Origin: a bacterium
GTDB taxonomy: Bacteria; T1Sed10-126
DNA: 64,000 bases
NCBI GenBank assembly: GCA_003554945.1
Contig: PWHN01000050.1
Location: 19,272-83,271 of the forward strand
Direction of reading: 5' to 3'
In this document: positions 51,819-62,750 of the stretch, piece by piece
Layout of the letters: every line of letters starts with the position of its first letter
Position numbering within the stretch: position 1 is the first letter of the stretch
Notes under the pieces: generated by a model
The model's database searches: none
The model's input: only the letters and a program-made list of their open reading frames with translations
Told to the model about the DNA's origin: nothing
Translations under genes and position numbers: made by a program

Positions 51819-52943
51819 TTAAAACAGCCCGACACTCCTGTGAAATAAATATATTCCTCCACCCAGAAATAACATTGGTGCCAGATAAACGGGCAACGCG
51901 GCGGGTAACAGCGGCGTGATGAAAAAGAAATAATCAGCTTTCGCGTAAGCCAGAACCATGTGAAATAACGCCCAGTAAATAAGCGCAACCAGGAGCAGAG
52001 TCCCCAATCCGGCCGGGCGACTCAGCTTAGTCCCCGCACCGACGTAAATCCCCAGCACTCCAAGAGCCAGTATCGTCAACGGATAACTGTACTTCCAGTG
52101 ATAAAAAACTTCTTCCGCCGTTGTATTCATTCCCCGCCGCTGACGAAAATTTATCGCCGCCCGTAAATCGGCAGCGGTAAACTCTTCCGGGCGTCGGTCG
52201 GCACGTCTCGGGTTGGCCTCCATGATCTGTTTTAATACACCCGGCGGATCCAGACTTATCATATACTCCTCAAGCTGGCTCATCTGAATTCTACCCGGAG
52301 CTTCAAAATCACGCACCTCCAGCTCCTTGAGCATCCAGCCTTCGCCAGCTATATAATCACCCTGCTCTGCATCCAATCTCCGGCGCAATTGGTCATTTTC
52401 CATCGATTGTACAACAATTCCTTCCGCCCTGTTTTCATGCGGCACCAGCCGATCCATCTTAATAAGATTACCGTCAAGCGCCCGGAAATGCAGGTCTCGA
52501 TACTCGGGCAGCTCCTCCTCCCGACCGGGGATAACATAATTTTCAATACGACGGTAGCCTTGCGAAACCTCAGCCATCCAGTAGACGCCAAAAAAGATCC
52601 CCAGAATGGTAAGCACAAGCAAACAGAAAACCGGCCCCCGCAGCAGCTTCAGCGGGGAGACACCGCTGTTTAAAACCGCCGTCCACTGATTGCTCTCCCG
52701 CCAGCCGTTTAACCCCCAGAACCCGCCGAGCATTGCGACCAGCGGTAACATGTAAAAGGTTGCGTATAGAAAACGATAAAAGACATAGTTCATAACTACG
52801 CCAACTGCGGGACGATATTCCAGTATGTCGTCCAGCGTTCCAAAAAAATCAGCCAGTAAAAATAGAAAAACACAAATCAATAGACTTACTGCAGCCGGTA
52901 TAACAAATAGTCGCAAAAACTCCCGGTCCAGGGTTCTAATCAT
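51819..52943 (-). CDS. second LptF/LptG-family permease
   Basis: 374 aa showing the YjgP/YjgQ topology and pattern. Confidence 0.7.
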   Translation of the reverse strand: MIRTLDREFLRLFVIPAAVSLLICVFLFLLADFFGTLDDILEYRPAVGVVMNYVFYRFLYATFYMLPLVAMLGGFWGLNGWRESNQWTAVLNSGVSPLKLLRGPVFCLLVLTILGIFFGVYWMAEVSQGYRRIENYVIPGREEELPEYRDLHFRALDGNLIKMDRLVPHENRAEGIVVQSMENDQLRRRLDAEQGDYIAGEGWMLKELEVRDFEAPGRIQMSQLEEYMISLDPPGVLKQIMEANPRRADRRPEEFTAADLRAAINFRQRRGMNTTAEEVFYHWKYSYPLTILALGVLGIYVGAGTKLSRPAGLGTLLLVALIYWALFHMVLAYAKADYFFFITPLLPAALPVYLAPMLFLGGGIYLFHRSVGLF

Positions 52944-54420
52944 TTTCCGTCAGTCCCTCGCTGTCTCCAACAACATGATCGAAAAATACTTCAACAACAT
53001 CCCTATCTATCGCCCCGGCGGCTGCTTCTTCTTGTAGTATCTTCTGAGCCCGGTCGTCTGACAGTGGTTTTTTATAAGGCCGGTCAGTTGCCGTCAGGGC
53101 CTCGTAAATATCAACAGCTGCCAGTATACGCGCTCTCAGCGGAATCTCTTCACCCTTTAATCCACGCGGATAGCCCTCCCCGTTTAGTTTCTCGTGATGC
53201 AGCGACGCCAGCCAGGGAACTTCCTCCAGCCCCTCCGTCCAGTTAACCTGCTGCAGTATTTCATAGGTTGCCATCGGGTGTTCCCGCATCTGTTCCCACT
53301 CTTCGGCGGTCAGAGTCCCCTTCTCCGCCAGTAAACTATCGTATTCCTCAGCTGTCAGCAGTTGTTGTGTTTCGCCGCTCGGCAGCTCCACCGTTATTTC
53401 CGCCAGTTGTTTTATTTTATCCTGTAACTCTTCCGAAAGGTGATGCGCTCGATTCGCTTCTCTTACCTGTTCATAGAGCTGCTGCATGTCTTCTATCTCG
53501 TTTATTGATTCCAGATAAGCCAGCCGGTATTCAAGCGCTGACATACACTCATCTGAAAGCCGGTTATCCTTCAGCAAAATCTCTTCGGGCACCGCCAGCT
53601 TCCCTATGTCATGAGTCAGGGCGGCGTAGTGAAGCGCTGTTATTTCCTCGTCTTCAAATTCTACTTCCTCCCACCGCCCCTCATCTAACTGATGAATAAC
53701 TTCCGCTGTCTTTACAGCATATTCTGCCAGTCTTTGACTGTGACCCGAGGTTACCTTATCTCGGCGCTCAATTCCTGAAACTAAAGTCGCTATTAAGCCT
53801 TCAAGCATCTCCTGCACCTGCCTCTCAAGAGTTGCACGCTCCAGCGCCAGCGCCGCCTGGCTCGCAGCCGCAAGCACTAATCGCGCCTCGGACTCCGGGT
53901 AGGGAAGAATCTCTGTCTCATCCGCTAAACAATCTGGCTCCGCCTTTTTGTTTATTAACTGCAGCACTCCACGAACCCTTCCCACCCGGTTTTTTAAAGG
54001 CACCACCAGGATTGACTTCGTCCGATAATTAAACTTTTTATCAAACTCCCGGTTAACCTCACAGGGTAACGACGTCGACTCCTTGTATGCATCTTCTATA
54101 TTAAGAACTTCACCTGTCTCAGCTACATATCCCGCCAGACTACCGCTCCCTACGTCAACTCTAACCCCCTGCTTAGGTGAAAAATCAACACTGTCGTTCT
54201 GCGCCGCCTCAAAAATCAGATAGTCCTCCCCCTCCTCTTCCGTCATCCTGTATATTGTTCCCGCGTCACTCCCCGTCAAGCGACGCAGCCCGTTTAATAT
54301 AGAGCTCAATAGCTCCGCCAGGGTCCGCTTCTCTGTCATCTCCTGACCCAGCTCGACAAGCTCTTCCGCCCAGCGTCGGTAATTCATCTCTGCCTCCTCC
54401 TGTCTCCCCCTTTTCAACAC
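52936..54420 (-). CDS. GAF-domain HD-GYP phosphodiesterase
   Basis: An N-terminal GAF domain. The HD-GYP motifs are HYAALTHDIGKLAV and HHEKLNGEGYPRGL. Confidence 0.85.
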   Translation of the reverse strand: MLKRGRQEEAEMNYRRWAEELVELGQEMTEKRTLAELLSSILNGLRRLTGSDAGTIYRMTEEEGEDYLIFEAAQNDSVDFSPKQGVRVDVGSGSLAGYVAETGEVLNIEDAYKESTSLPCEVNREFDKKFNYRTKSILVVPLKNRVGRVRGVLQLINKKAEPDCLADETEILPYPESEARLVLAAASQAALALERATLERQVQEMLEGLIATLVSGIERRDKVTSGHSQRLAEYAVKTAEVIHQLDEGRWEEVEFEDEEITALHYAALTHDIGKLAVPEEILLKDNRLSDECMSALEYRLAYLESINEIEDMQQLYEQVREANRAHHLSEELQDKIKQLAEITVELPSGETQQLLTAEEYDSLLAEKGTLTAEEWEQMREHPMATYEILQQVNWTEGLEEVPWLASLHHEKLNGEGYPRGLKGEEIPLRARILAAVDIYEALTATDRPYKKPLSDDRAQKILQEEAAAGAIDRDVVEVFFDHVVGDSEGLTEND

Positions 54421-54442
54421 CTGTTCTGTTTTCTCTTCCCAA

Positions 54443-55405
54443 ATGTTACAATTTAATAGCTCTGTTAATCAACCCGGCCCACCGGTGACCATTATGTTAT
54501 TTAAACGACCCCTGCTTATTATATTTATTTCCGGCCTCTTTGCTTTCATAATCAGCCTTGGCGGCGGCTACTACTGGGCGACTTCGCCCGCAGAGGAAGC
54601 TGAGGAAGAACAGGTTGCTGAAACCGAAGACTCCGCTGATGAAATTAGTAAAACCGAAGAAGACGAACAGCCTCAATTTGACGAACCGACTATAGACGAC
54701 TGGGCCAGTTTTATCGACTACGAGGGCGAAAGAGTCGATATGCTCGGCATAAGACGTGAATACGACCAGGTTAATTTCAGACGTGGCCCGGCCACAGAAC
54801 ATGAAATTGTCGGCACTCCATCCGGCGGCTCACTGCTGGCTCCGCTTGATCTTTTTGAGGGCTGGTTTCGGGCCCGTGATATTGATGGTAACGTCGGCTG
54901 GATTCACCGTTCTTTGGTTCGGCAAATACGGGCCCCGAAAACTATCGCCGACAAATTTCGAGAGGAGCTGCCTCCACTCGAAGAATCAGTCCAATCAAAA
55001 ATGCCCGATCAATTTCTCGACCAGACCCACGTCGTGGTTAAGGCCAACCGGGTCAACCTGCGCCAGGGCGCCGGCCCTCAATTCAGAATCATAGGTCGCG
55101 CTTACTCCCACCAAATATTCCGGCTGCTGGCCCGAAAACAGGACTGGGCTTATGTCCAAACTCATCTTGGTGACGTCGGCTGGATTAACACCGAATACGT
55201 TGAAATTAACCGCCCCTCACGTCCCGAATTATCTTCTATTGAAGTGGCTGAAGCTAACATCTGGCCCAACCGCGGCCAGCAGTTTCGCCCTCTTATAAGA
55301 GTCGATTCTCCTCAGGAACTTACCGTCCTCGAACAGGACTCCAACTGGCTACTGGTCGAAACTGATGACGGTAATATTGGCTGGTTCCTCCAGCAAGACC
55401 AGTAA
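54443..55405 (+). CDS. membrane-anchored protein with three SH3b-like repeats
   Basis: An N-terminal TM, an acidic linker, then three repeats each ending in a G(N/D)VGWI motif. Confidence 0.6.
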   Translation: MLQFNSSVNQPGPPVTIMLFKRPLLIIFISGLFAFIISLGGGYYWATSPAEEAEEEQVAETEDSADEISKTEEDEQPQFDEPTIDDWASFIDYEGERVDMLGIRREYDQVNFRRGPATEHEIVGTPSGGSLLAPLDLFEGWFRARDIDGNVGWIHRSLVRQIRAPKTIADKFREELPPLEESVQSKMPDQFLDQTHVVVKANRVNLRQGAGPQFRIIGRAYSHQIFRLLARKQDWAYVQTHLGDVGWINTEYVEINRPSRPELSSIEVAEANIWPNRGQQFRPLIRVDSPQELTVLEQDSNWLLVETDDGNIGWFLQQDQ

Positions 55406-56473
55406 TTAAATAGCTTCTAACAACTCTTCCCCCAGCGCATTGCACTCTTGAACCGCCTCGATAATTTCCCCCACTTCTAAGTCTACTTCGCTCTCACTAA
55501 ATCGGTCCACTATCTCTTTCGCCGCTTCTTTAACGATTGTTTCCCGCTGATGCTCCGGCAGGCCAAGTCCATCAAGGGATATTGGTAGTTGCAGATCACG
55601 GAAAAATTTAACTGTTTTCTCAATTTCTTCCGTTCCAAACAACCTCTCCTGTACTAGCGTAAAAAATGATGCGCCCTCTCCGTAAAGCAACGGCTCCTCG
55701 GCGTAGGGCAACAGCTTTTGGGCCATGTAATGGGAAATTTGGCCCGGCGTCGGTTCACCGGCCAGGGTAATTATCAGTCCGGACTGGAGTATTACTGCCT
55801 CCACCGTTGAGCTTAATTTCTCAGTTACTTCTCCTTTTTTCACGTCACCAACCGCTCCCCGCGCCTCATCATACAGAAAATTACGCAGTGATTTGCTTAA
55901 TTCTCGGGCTAATTGCCTGCCATAGGGCTCATCTTCACTTCGGACAAATTTGGTCACTGAATAAGCCCCCGCTATCCCGGCGGCCAGATGGCGACTTGAT
56001 GCAAGCCCAACAGCTTTGTGATCGAGCAGCAGTAAGTTTGGACAGACGTCCAACGACAACTGTTCCACAAAATCCCCATCTTCTGTATAAAGGTGAACCT
56101 GGTTTGTAAAAGCAGCCGGTGAACTTGTGACTGTCGGCACAGTTACAACTGCGCAACCGGTACGCTCACCAACAAATTTGGCCACGTCCATCGGCGTCCC
56201 TCCACCCAGGCCCATTACTATATCCGCTCTTTCCGCTTTTAACTTTTCAATCTGCCTGTCTACTTCTGTCTGACAGCACTCTCCCAGGCAGACTTCAATA
56301 CTTACGCCCAGCATTGATTCTTTTAGCGCCTCCCTGATTACTTCTTCATGTCTCTCCAGGGCGGTTTTCCCGGCTATGATTAATACTCTCTCTCCCAATC
56401 CCTCGAGATGCTCTCCCATAGCTTCCAGTAGCTTTGGCTCAGCCAGATAACGCTGCGGTGCAATCCTTAACAT
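55406..56473 (-). CDS. iron-containing alcohol dehydrogenase family protein (glycerol / glycerol-1-phosphate dehydrogenase-like)
   Basis: GLGGGTPMDVAKFV matches the Fe-ADH dinucleotide motif. The start is probably the Met preceded by GGAGG at 56481-56485, not the tracked TTG. Confidence 0.65.
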   Translation of the reverse strand: MLRIAPQRYLAEPKLLEAMGEHLEGLGERVLIIAGKTALERHEEVIREALKESMLGVSIEVCLGECCQTEVDRQIEKLKAERADIVMGLGGGTPMDVAKFVGERTGCAVVTVPTVTSSPAAFTNQVHLYTEDGDFVEQLSLDVCPNLLLLDHKAVGLASSRHLAAGIAGAYSVTKFVRSEDEPYGRQLARELSKSLRNFLYDEARGAVGDVKKGEVTEKLSSTVEAVILQSGLIITLAGEPTPGQISHYMAQKLLPYAEEPLLYGEGASFFTLVQERLFGTEEIEKTVKFFRDLQLPISLDGLGLPEHQRETIVKEAAKEIVDRFSESEVDLEVGEIIEAVQECNALGEELLEAI

Positions 56474-56504
56474 ACTATACCTCCTCAGTATTTTCGACTC
56501 CCCC

Positions 56505-56532
56505 AACTACGTCAAAATACTTTGACGTAGTT
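56505..56532. promoter_or_regulatory. perfect 12-bp inverted repeat (operator candidate) upstream of the Fe-ADH gene
   Basis: AACTACGTCAAA-ATAC-TTTGACGTAGTT lies ~30 nt upstream of the start codon. It overlaps a TTGACG, 17 nt, AATACT promoter-like arrangement on the coding strand. Confidence 0.45.
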
Positions 56533-56853
56533 CCGAAGCACTTAATTCAGCAGTTGCAAGCAAGATAGCTCATATCTTTCTCTATGCGTTTATTTTTGCT
56601 CAAATAGTTATTGACCCCTGCTTTGTTAAAAACGGTAGTTCTGAGGGCCGATGTGTTTCTGACGGATTTATAACGACCTCTTACCCCAGGATGGGGTTGG
56701 TTTGAGGTCGTTATACCTCGGAAGTGGCCTGGAGGGCCACGAGAATGATGTCAGAAATATATCGGTCCTCAGAACGGGGAAACCGCAAAATTATGGTAAA
56801 TATCTATAACCTTTGATTAGCCCGGTTTCAGCATGGGTTTCAACAGAACAAAG

Positions 56854-57492
56854 TCACCAGACAATTGCTAATAGAGTTCCTTGAATCACTGTCGTTATAT
56901 CAATGAAAAAACGAAAAATCAGATGTAAAACTCCGCTCATTAATAGTAACAAAAAACCAAAAAATACCACATAACTGTTACGTTCCAACCAACGCTCGGT
57001 TTCGGCTGAGGCAAAGTAACGAAAGACACTCGCACCGTCAAGCGGCGGCACCGGAATCATATTGAAGACTGCTAAAATTACATTTATTCGAGTATTAAAC
57101 TGCAGTAGCAAATATAGCCCGTCAACCAGTCCAAGAAAGGGATAAAAAATTACGGTAAGCAGAATACTCGTCGTTGCCAGGGCCAGGTTGGCACCGGGGC
57201 CGGCCAGTGAGACTATCACTCTATCACGGCTTGGATAATTAAGGTTTGTCGTGTTCACCGGCCCCGGTTTTGCCCAGCCGAACACGTAGCCGCCGGTCAT
57301 AATCAACAGCGCCGGCAGCAGCACCGTCCCAAATAGATCCACGTGAACTAACGGATTAAGCGAAATCCGGCCCATCCTCTCGGCGGTTGGATCTCCACAT
57401 CTTTTTGCCGCATAACCGTGTGCCGATTCGTGCGCACTTATCGCCAGGGCGAACACAGCGACCATCAAGAATATACTGCCCGGATCAGCCAT
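56854..57492 (-). CDS. site-2 protease family (M50) zinc metalloprotease, small form
   Basis: HESAHGYAAK contains the HExxH motif in a TM segment, in a polytopic membrane protein. Confidence 0.75.
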   Translation of the reverse strand: MADPGSIFLMVAVFALAISAHESAHGYAAKRCGDPTAERMGRISLNPLVHVDLFGTVLLPALLIMTGGYVFGWAKPGPVNTTNLNYPSRDRVIVSLAGPGANLALATTSILLTVIFYPFLGLVDGLYLLLQFNTRINVILAVFNMIPVPPLDGASVFRYFASAETERWLERNSYVVFFGFLLLLMSGVLHLIFRFFIDITTVIQGTLLAIVW

Positions 57493-59134
57493 CTTCTTTC
57501 ACTTCCTCCAGCAATTCCTGGGCCTGTTGACGGGAAACCTGAGACTCCGCGTCCCCCGACAGCAGCCGGCAAATCTCGTCCAATCTCTCCTCGCCCTCCA
57601 ACGTCCTCGCTTTTATTTCCACGTCTTCCTCCCTGTCCTCCCTTTCGATCGCCAGATGCCGGTCGGCAAAAACACTAACCAGGGGCAGATGAGTTATACA
57701 AATGACCTGGTGATAACGGGCGAGTTCAGACAATACCTTGCCGACACTGCGCGCTTCTTCCCCTGAAATTCCAACGTCTATTTCATCAAAGACCAGCACC
57801 GGCGTTGTATCCGCAGCGGCAAGCGCCGCCTTCACCGCCAGCAGAACCCGGGATATCTCGCCGCCGGAGATGCGACTGGCCAGCTCAGCCGGCGGTTCCG
57901 AACTGTGCGAGGAAAACAACCATTTGACCTCGTCGGCCCCCTCCGGCCCCGGCTCCACCTGCGTAACTTCAACCCGAAATTCAGCTTTTTCCAGATCCAG
58001 CACCTGCAAACGCTTGACTATCTTCTTTTCCAGCCTTTTAGCTGCTTCACCACGACACCGGGAGAGTTCTCCCGCCCGTGACCTTACTTTATCCTCCAGC
58101 TCCTCTCGGCGCTCGCCCAGCACCTTCAGCCGCTCTTCTATCTTCGCCAACTGATCAAGCTCTTCACGCAGCTCCCTGTAGTGGATAAACAGGGCTTCCG
58201 GGGCTACCTTGTATTTACGGCTTAACTCAAGCCATTTTCCCCTGCGCTTTAGTAGCTGTTCGTATTGATGCCCGGAAAAGCTTATCCCCTCACGAAATTC
58301 TCGCAAACGCTGGCGATACTCTTCTAATTTTTTATCCATCTCCGATAGCTCATCCGGCCAATCTTCCAGCTCGTTCGTCTGTTCCGTGATCGTCCTCAGG
58401 TTGTCCTGCAGCAGTTTCAAGCCGTCCGTCAGCCCCCCCTCCGCCTCCAGGCGACCAAGCGATTCGCGCACACAGCGGTCAATGTCTTCAAAATTTTCCA
58501 TCTGCCTCCGCTCGTCTTCTATCTCTTGCCATTCCCCCTCAGCCGGCGAAAACTCCTCCAGCTCTTCAATTTGATACTCAAGCAGCTGTTTCTCCTTGTC
58601 CGCTTTCTCTCGTCTATTCTTTAATTTCTCTATTTTTTCTCTTACTTCCCTGTATTGCTCAAAAATCTCTTTGTATTCTTTCAGCACCTCTTCGTGGCCG
58701 CCAAATTTATCGAGCACTATTCTCGGGTAGGCCGCTGAAAATACATTCTGGTTCTCGTGCTGACCGTGAAAGTCAATCAAATCTCGACGTAACTTCTGCA
58801 GACTTTTCAACCGCACCCGCTCGCCATTCAAATAAGCGGGACTCTTACGTGAGTTTTTCAGCACCCGGCGGCAATGTATCTCCTCCGCTTTTCCTAAACC
58901 GCACGGTAAATTTAGTTCTGCTTCTGGATTAAAAAATACTGACACCACGGCTGGTTGGTCGCCGGACGGTAAAAGATCATAGTCAGCCCGAGCGCCGAGA
59001 GAGAGCCTTAAGGCTCTCAGCAAAAGTGTCTTACCCGATCCTGTCGGGCCGGTAATGACGTTTAAACCCTCCCCCAGGTCAACCTCAATTTCATCAATCA
59101 GCGCCAGGTTTTTTACCGTCACCGACTCTAACAT
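57485..59134 (-). CDS. recN: DNA repair protein RecN
   Basis: Walker A (GPTGSGKT), a long coiled-coil and the C-terminal signature region. Confidence 0.92.
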   Translation of the reverse strand: MLESVTVKNLALIDEIEVDLGEGLNVITGPTGSGKTLLLRALRLSLGARADYDLLPSGDQPAVVSVFFNPEAELNLPCGLGKAEEIHCRRVLKNSRKSPAYLNGERVRLKSLQKLRRDLIDFHGQHENQNVFSAAYPRIVLDKFGGHEEVLKEYKEIFEQYREVREKIEKLKNRREKADKEKQLLEYQIEELEEFSPAEGEWQEIEDERRQMENFEDIDRCVRESLGRLEAEGGLTDGLKLLQDNLRTITEQTNELEDWPDELSEMDKKLEEYRQRLREFREGISFSGHQYEQLLKRRGKWLELSRKYKVAPEALFIHYRELREELDQLAKIEERLKVLGERREELEDKVRSRAGELSRCRGEAAKRLEKKIVKRLQVLDLEKAEFRVEVTQVEPGPEGADEVKWLFSSHSSEPPAELASRISGGEISRVLLAVKAALAAADTTPVLVFDEIDVGISGEEARSVGKVLSELARYHQVICITHLPLVSVFADRHLAIEREDREEDVEIKARTLEGEERLDEICRLLSGDAESQVSRQQAQELLEEVKEDG

Positions 59135-59168
59135 TTGCGATTCACCAAAAATTAAATTTTTGACCCCG

Positions 59169-59897
59169 TCACTTTTCTACCAGCATTAAATACTCCTGGT
59201 TACCTTCTTCGCCCCTTAAAGGAGCTGGGGCCGTCTCAACTACACGCCAGCCTTTTTCTTCCCAGCCGGCACGCACTCGCTCAAGAATTTTTTGCCGCAG
59301 CGTCTCGCTCTCAATTACCCCGTCTCCAACTTCCTCCTTGTTTGCCTCAAACTGTGGTTTTACGAGAACTATCCCCGCCGGCGTCTCTGTCATAACTATT
59401 TCCAGGGGGTCGATCAACTTCAAGCTGGAGATAAAAGAGACGTCCATTACGAAAATTTGCGGTGGCGGTTGAAAATCATCGCTCTGGGCGTGGCGAAAGT
59501 TGTAACGATCCAGCCTGATAACTCGCTCATCACGCTGTAGTTTATAAGCAAGCTGACCATAACCGACGTCAACTGCATATACACGTTCAGCGCCCGCTCG
59601 CAGGAGCGCTTCCGTAAATCCGCCCGTCGATGCTCCCACATCAAGAGCCCGCTTCCCCTCTACCTTAAGCCAGCCTTCTTCCAGCACCGGCCATATCTTT
59701 TCGCCCCCCCTGCCCACCCAGGCCGGGTCGTCACTTTTTATTTTTAATTCAGCCCCCGGTTTCACTAATGATCTTTCTGATTTCACCGGTAAACCATCGG
59801 CTAATACCCTCCCCTCTTTAATCAGTCTCTCCGCTTCACTTAAATCTTTAACCAGCTCTTGTGCAACCAGTAGCTCGGTAACTTTTTCATTCTTCAC
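59169..59897 (-). CDS. tlyA: TlyA-family rRNA 2'-O-methyltransferase
   Basis: An S4-like N-terminus and the FtsJ SAM motif (LDVGASTGGFTEALL). Confidence 0.85.
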   Translation of the reverse strand: MKNEKVTELLVAQELVKDLSEAERLIKEGRVLADGLPVKSERSLVKPGAELKIKSDDPAWVGRGGEKIWPVLEEGWLKVEGKRALDVGASTGGFTEALLRAGAERVYAVDVGYGQLAYKLQRDERVIRLDRYNFRHAQSDDFQPPPQIFVMDVSFISSLKLIDPLEIVMTETPAGIVLVKPQFEANKEEVGDGVIESETLRQKILERVRAGWEEKGWRVVETAPAPLRGEEGNQEYLMLVEK

Positions 59898-61782
59898 TGC
59901 TGCCGAGTATCTCCCGTGTTGCCTCGGCTATCCCCTCGGGCGTCAGGCCAAAACGTTCTAAATATTGCTGCCGCGTCCCGTGAGATACTTTTCCCTCCGG
60001 TACGCCCAGTCTTTTGACCGGATAACGTTTTCCTCGCTCGTTTAAAAGTTCCAGCACCGCCGAACCAAAACCGCCCTCAAGTATCCCTTCCTCCACTGTC
60101 ACCGCCGCTCCCGTTTTATCAAGCGATTTTAACAATAAATTCTCATCGAGCGGTTTAGCCCAGCGAGCGTTTATTACCTCCGCCTCCACTCCTTCAGCCG
60201 CCAGCGACTCCGCCGCTGACTGTGCCGCATCTACAAAAGGTCCGAGAACTATCAGACTCACCGCTTCTCCTTCCCGCACCAGCTCTCCTTTCCCTACCTC
60301 AATCTCTTCCAGCCCTGAAATTTCCGCCGCCTCATCAGTTTCCACAGTGGCACGCGGGTAACGAACAGCTATTGGCCCTTCATTGTAATTGACAGCCGTT
60401 TTAATAAAAGACTGAAGACTATGGTCACTGCTTGGCGCGCCGATTGCTATTCCCGGCAACGAACGCAAGAAAGCAATGTCAAATATTCCCTGGTGGGTCT
60501 CTCCATCGCCGCCAACTATACCCGCCCGGTCAAGAAAGAATTTAACCGGTAGCTCCATTAAGCAGACGTCGTGAAAGACCTGGTCGTAAGCTCTCTGCAG
60601 AAAGGATGAGTAAATACAGGCCACCGGATTCTCTCCCTCAACGGCCAGACCGGCAGCAAAAGTAACCGCGTGCTCTTCAGCAATCCCTACGTCGTAAAAT
60701 CGGTCGGGATATTCGTCTGCAAAAAATACCGTCCCCGTTCCTTTCCGCATTGCGGCTGTTATGACTACCAGTTCTTCGTCTTCTTCGCCCAGGTCACGCA
60801 GGGTTTCTCCCGCCCTCTGCGACCACTTCGGCGACGACTCTTCCCTCGGTTTACCGGTTTTAATGTCGAATGGGCTAACGGCGTGATTCGCGTATTGATC
60901 CTCCGCTGCCGGCTCATATCCATGCCCTTTTTCCGTCAGCACATGCACAAACCGGGGCCCCTCAAATCTTTTGACTTTATTAAACTCCCGCACCAGCCGG
61001 TTAACGTCATGCCCGTCAACCGGACCAAAATAACGGAAACCAAACTCCTCAAACATCAGCCGCGGTATTACAAGATTTTTTAAACTCATTTCAAATCGGC
61101 GGGCCAGGGCCGTGGCCTTGCGCCCCAAACGCTCCGGTCCACGGTCAAGTATTTTTTTGACTTCATCTTTCATCTGGTCGTAGGCCGGTAGATTAATCAG
61201 CCGGTCGAAATACTCGGTAATTGCTCCCACGTTCTCCGCAATTGCCATCCCGTTATCGTTTAACACCACTATCATATCCGTTTTTTGACCACCAGCGTTG
61301 TTTAAACCTTCATACGCCATACCACCGGTGAGCGAACCGTCTCCAATTATCGCCACCACCTCACCTTCATCTCCCCGCCGGGTAAGTGCCTCCGCTATCC
61401 CCGTCGCCGCCGAAATAGAGGTAGAAGCGTGACCGGCGTTAAATATGTCGTGTTTGGATTCGGAACGTTTTAAAAATCCGCTGAGCCCCCCCGGCTTGCG
61501 AATCGTATTCAACTTCGACGCTCGCCCCGTTAACATCTTGTGTATGTAAGCCTGGTGACCAACGTCCCAGACTAACCTGTCCTTCGGCGACTCAAATACA
61601 TAGTGCAGGGCCACCGTCAGCTCCACCGCTCCCAGGTTCGGACCAAAATGCCCCCCCGTTTGGGAAATGGTCTCAATCAACTTTTGACGACAGGCGGACG
61701 CCAGTTCTGCCAGTTCCTCCTCCGGCAGTTCCTGAATATCTGCCGGTGATTCAATCTCGTCAACTGAAAAATCCATCGCCAC
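59887..61782 (-). CDS. dxs: 1-deoxy-D-xylulose-5-phosphate synthase
   Basis: 631 aa with the TPP-binding motif (GDGSLTGGMAYEGLNNAG) and transketolase-like domains. Confidence 0.95.
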   Translation of the reverse strand: MAMDFSVDEIESPADIQELPEEELAELASACRQKLIETISQTGGHFGPNLGAVELTVALHYVFESPKDRLVWDVGHQAYIHKMLTGRASKLNTIRKPGGLSGFLKRSESKHDIFNAGHASTSISAATGIAEALTRRGDEGEVVAIIGDGSLTGGMAYEGLNNAGGQKTDMIVVLNDNGMAIAENVGAITEYFDRLINLPAYDQMKDEVKKILDRGPERLGRKATALARRFEMSLKNLVIPRLMFEEFGFRYFGPVDGHDVNRLVREFNKVKRFEGPRFVHVLTEKGHGYEPAAEDQYANHAVSPFDIKTGKPREESSPKWSQRAGETLRDLGEEDEELVVITAAMRKGTGTVFFADEYPDRFYDVGIAEEHAVTFAAGLAVEGENPVACIYSSFLQRAYDQVFHDVCLMELPVKFFLDRAGIVGGDGETHQGIFDIAFLRSLPGIAIGAPSSDHSLQSFIKTAVNYNEGPIAVRYPRATVETDEAAEISGLEEIEVGKGELVREGEAVSLIVLGPFVDAAQSAAESLAAEGVEAEVINARWAKPLDENLLLKSLDKTGAAVTVEEGILEGGFGSAVLELLNERGKRYPVKRLGVPEGKVSHGTRQQYLERFGLTPEGIAEATREILGSSEE

Positions 61783-61858
61783 ACCCTCCGTTATAAATCA
61801 GGTTCTACCCTTTAACTTTAAATTTAACCCCAACTCGCTCCCCCACTTCCCATAACCT

Positions 61859-62746
61859 TCATTTCTCTCTGCTTATAACAAACCTCGCCAGCTCATTTAA
61901 CCTCCCACCGGCTGTTGTAACTTCGTCCAGCATCCTACACGCCTCTTCGATCAACTGCCGCGCTCGCTGCTGCGATTTTTCAACCCCGAGCAGGGCAGGA
62001 TAAGTCAATTTACCGGCTCGCTCGTCCGCCCCTGGCTCCTTTCCCAGCTTCTCAAAATCAGCTGTCACGTCAAGTAAGTCGTCTTTAATTTGAAAAGCAT
62101 GGCCAATTAATTCACCAAATCGCCGCAACCCTTTCAGCAACTCCTCGTTTGCACCGCCGGCGATCCCCCCCAACAACAAACTGACTGTTATAAGAGCACC
62201 GGTCTTCCAACGGTGTATTGCCTTCAACTGCTCAAGATCTGCCTCGCGGTCCGCTGCCGTTATATCCAGTATTTGACCGCCAATTAACCCCTGAACTCCA
62301 ATATGCTCGGTCAGCACTTCAAGCAATCGCGCCACCGGCAGCTCTTCACCGGGCGCACTTAGATGACCGAGGACGTAAAAAGCTCGGGTTAACAACGCGT
62401 CTCCGGCCAAAATTGCTATGTCCTCACCAAATTTCTTGTGATTGGCCGGCTTGCCGCGTCTATAGTCGTCATCGTCCATCGCCGGCAAATCGTCGTGAAC
62501 CAGCGAGTAGGCGTGAATCATCTCAATAAGCGCTGCCAGCCCGGCGGTAACCTCGTCATCTCGACCGGCGAGGCGCCCCGCCTCCATGACCAGCACTCCG
62601 CGCAGCCGCTTGCCTCCGTTTAAAACACTGTAACGGACCGCTTCCGTCAATATTTGCGGCTCGGCTTCGAAAGCCGGTAGCCACTCTTCAAGTGCCTCTT
62701 CAACACGCTGCCTCTGCTCGTCGTAAAAACCTGGAAGCCGAGCGGT
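61859..62746 (-). CDS. ispA: polyprenyl (farnesyl/geranylgeranyl) diphosphate synthase
   Basis: FARM motif [19 protein letters not shown] and SARM motif [10 protein letters not shown] trimmed the start to MTARLP; the upstream basic stretch in the tracked ORF is spurious. Confidence 0.88.
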   Translation of the reverse strand, partial: TARLPGFYDEQRQRVEEALEEWLPAFEAEPQILTEAVRYSVLNGGKRLRGVLVMEAGRLAGRDDEVTAGLAALIEMIHAYSLVHDDLPAMDDDDYRRGKPANHKKFGEDIAILAGDALLTRAFYVLGHLSAPGEELPVARLLEVLTEHIGVQGLIGGQILDITAADREADLEQLKAIHRWKTGALITVSLLLGGIAGGANEELLKGLRRFGELIGHAFQIKDDLLDVTADFEKLGKEPGADERAGKLTYPALLGVEKSQQRARQLIEEACRMLDEVTTAGGRLNELARFVISREK

Positions 62747-62750
62747 CATT

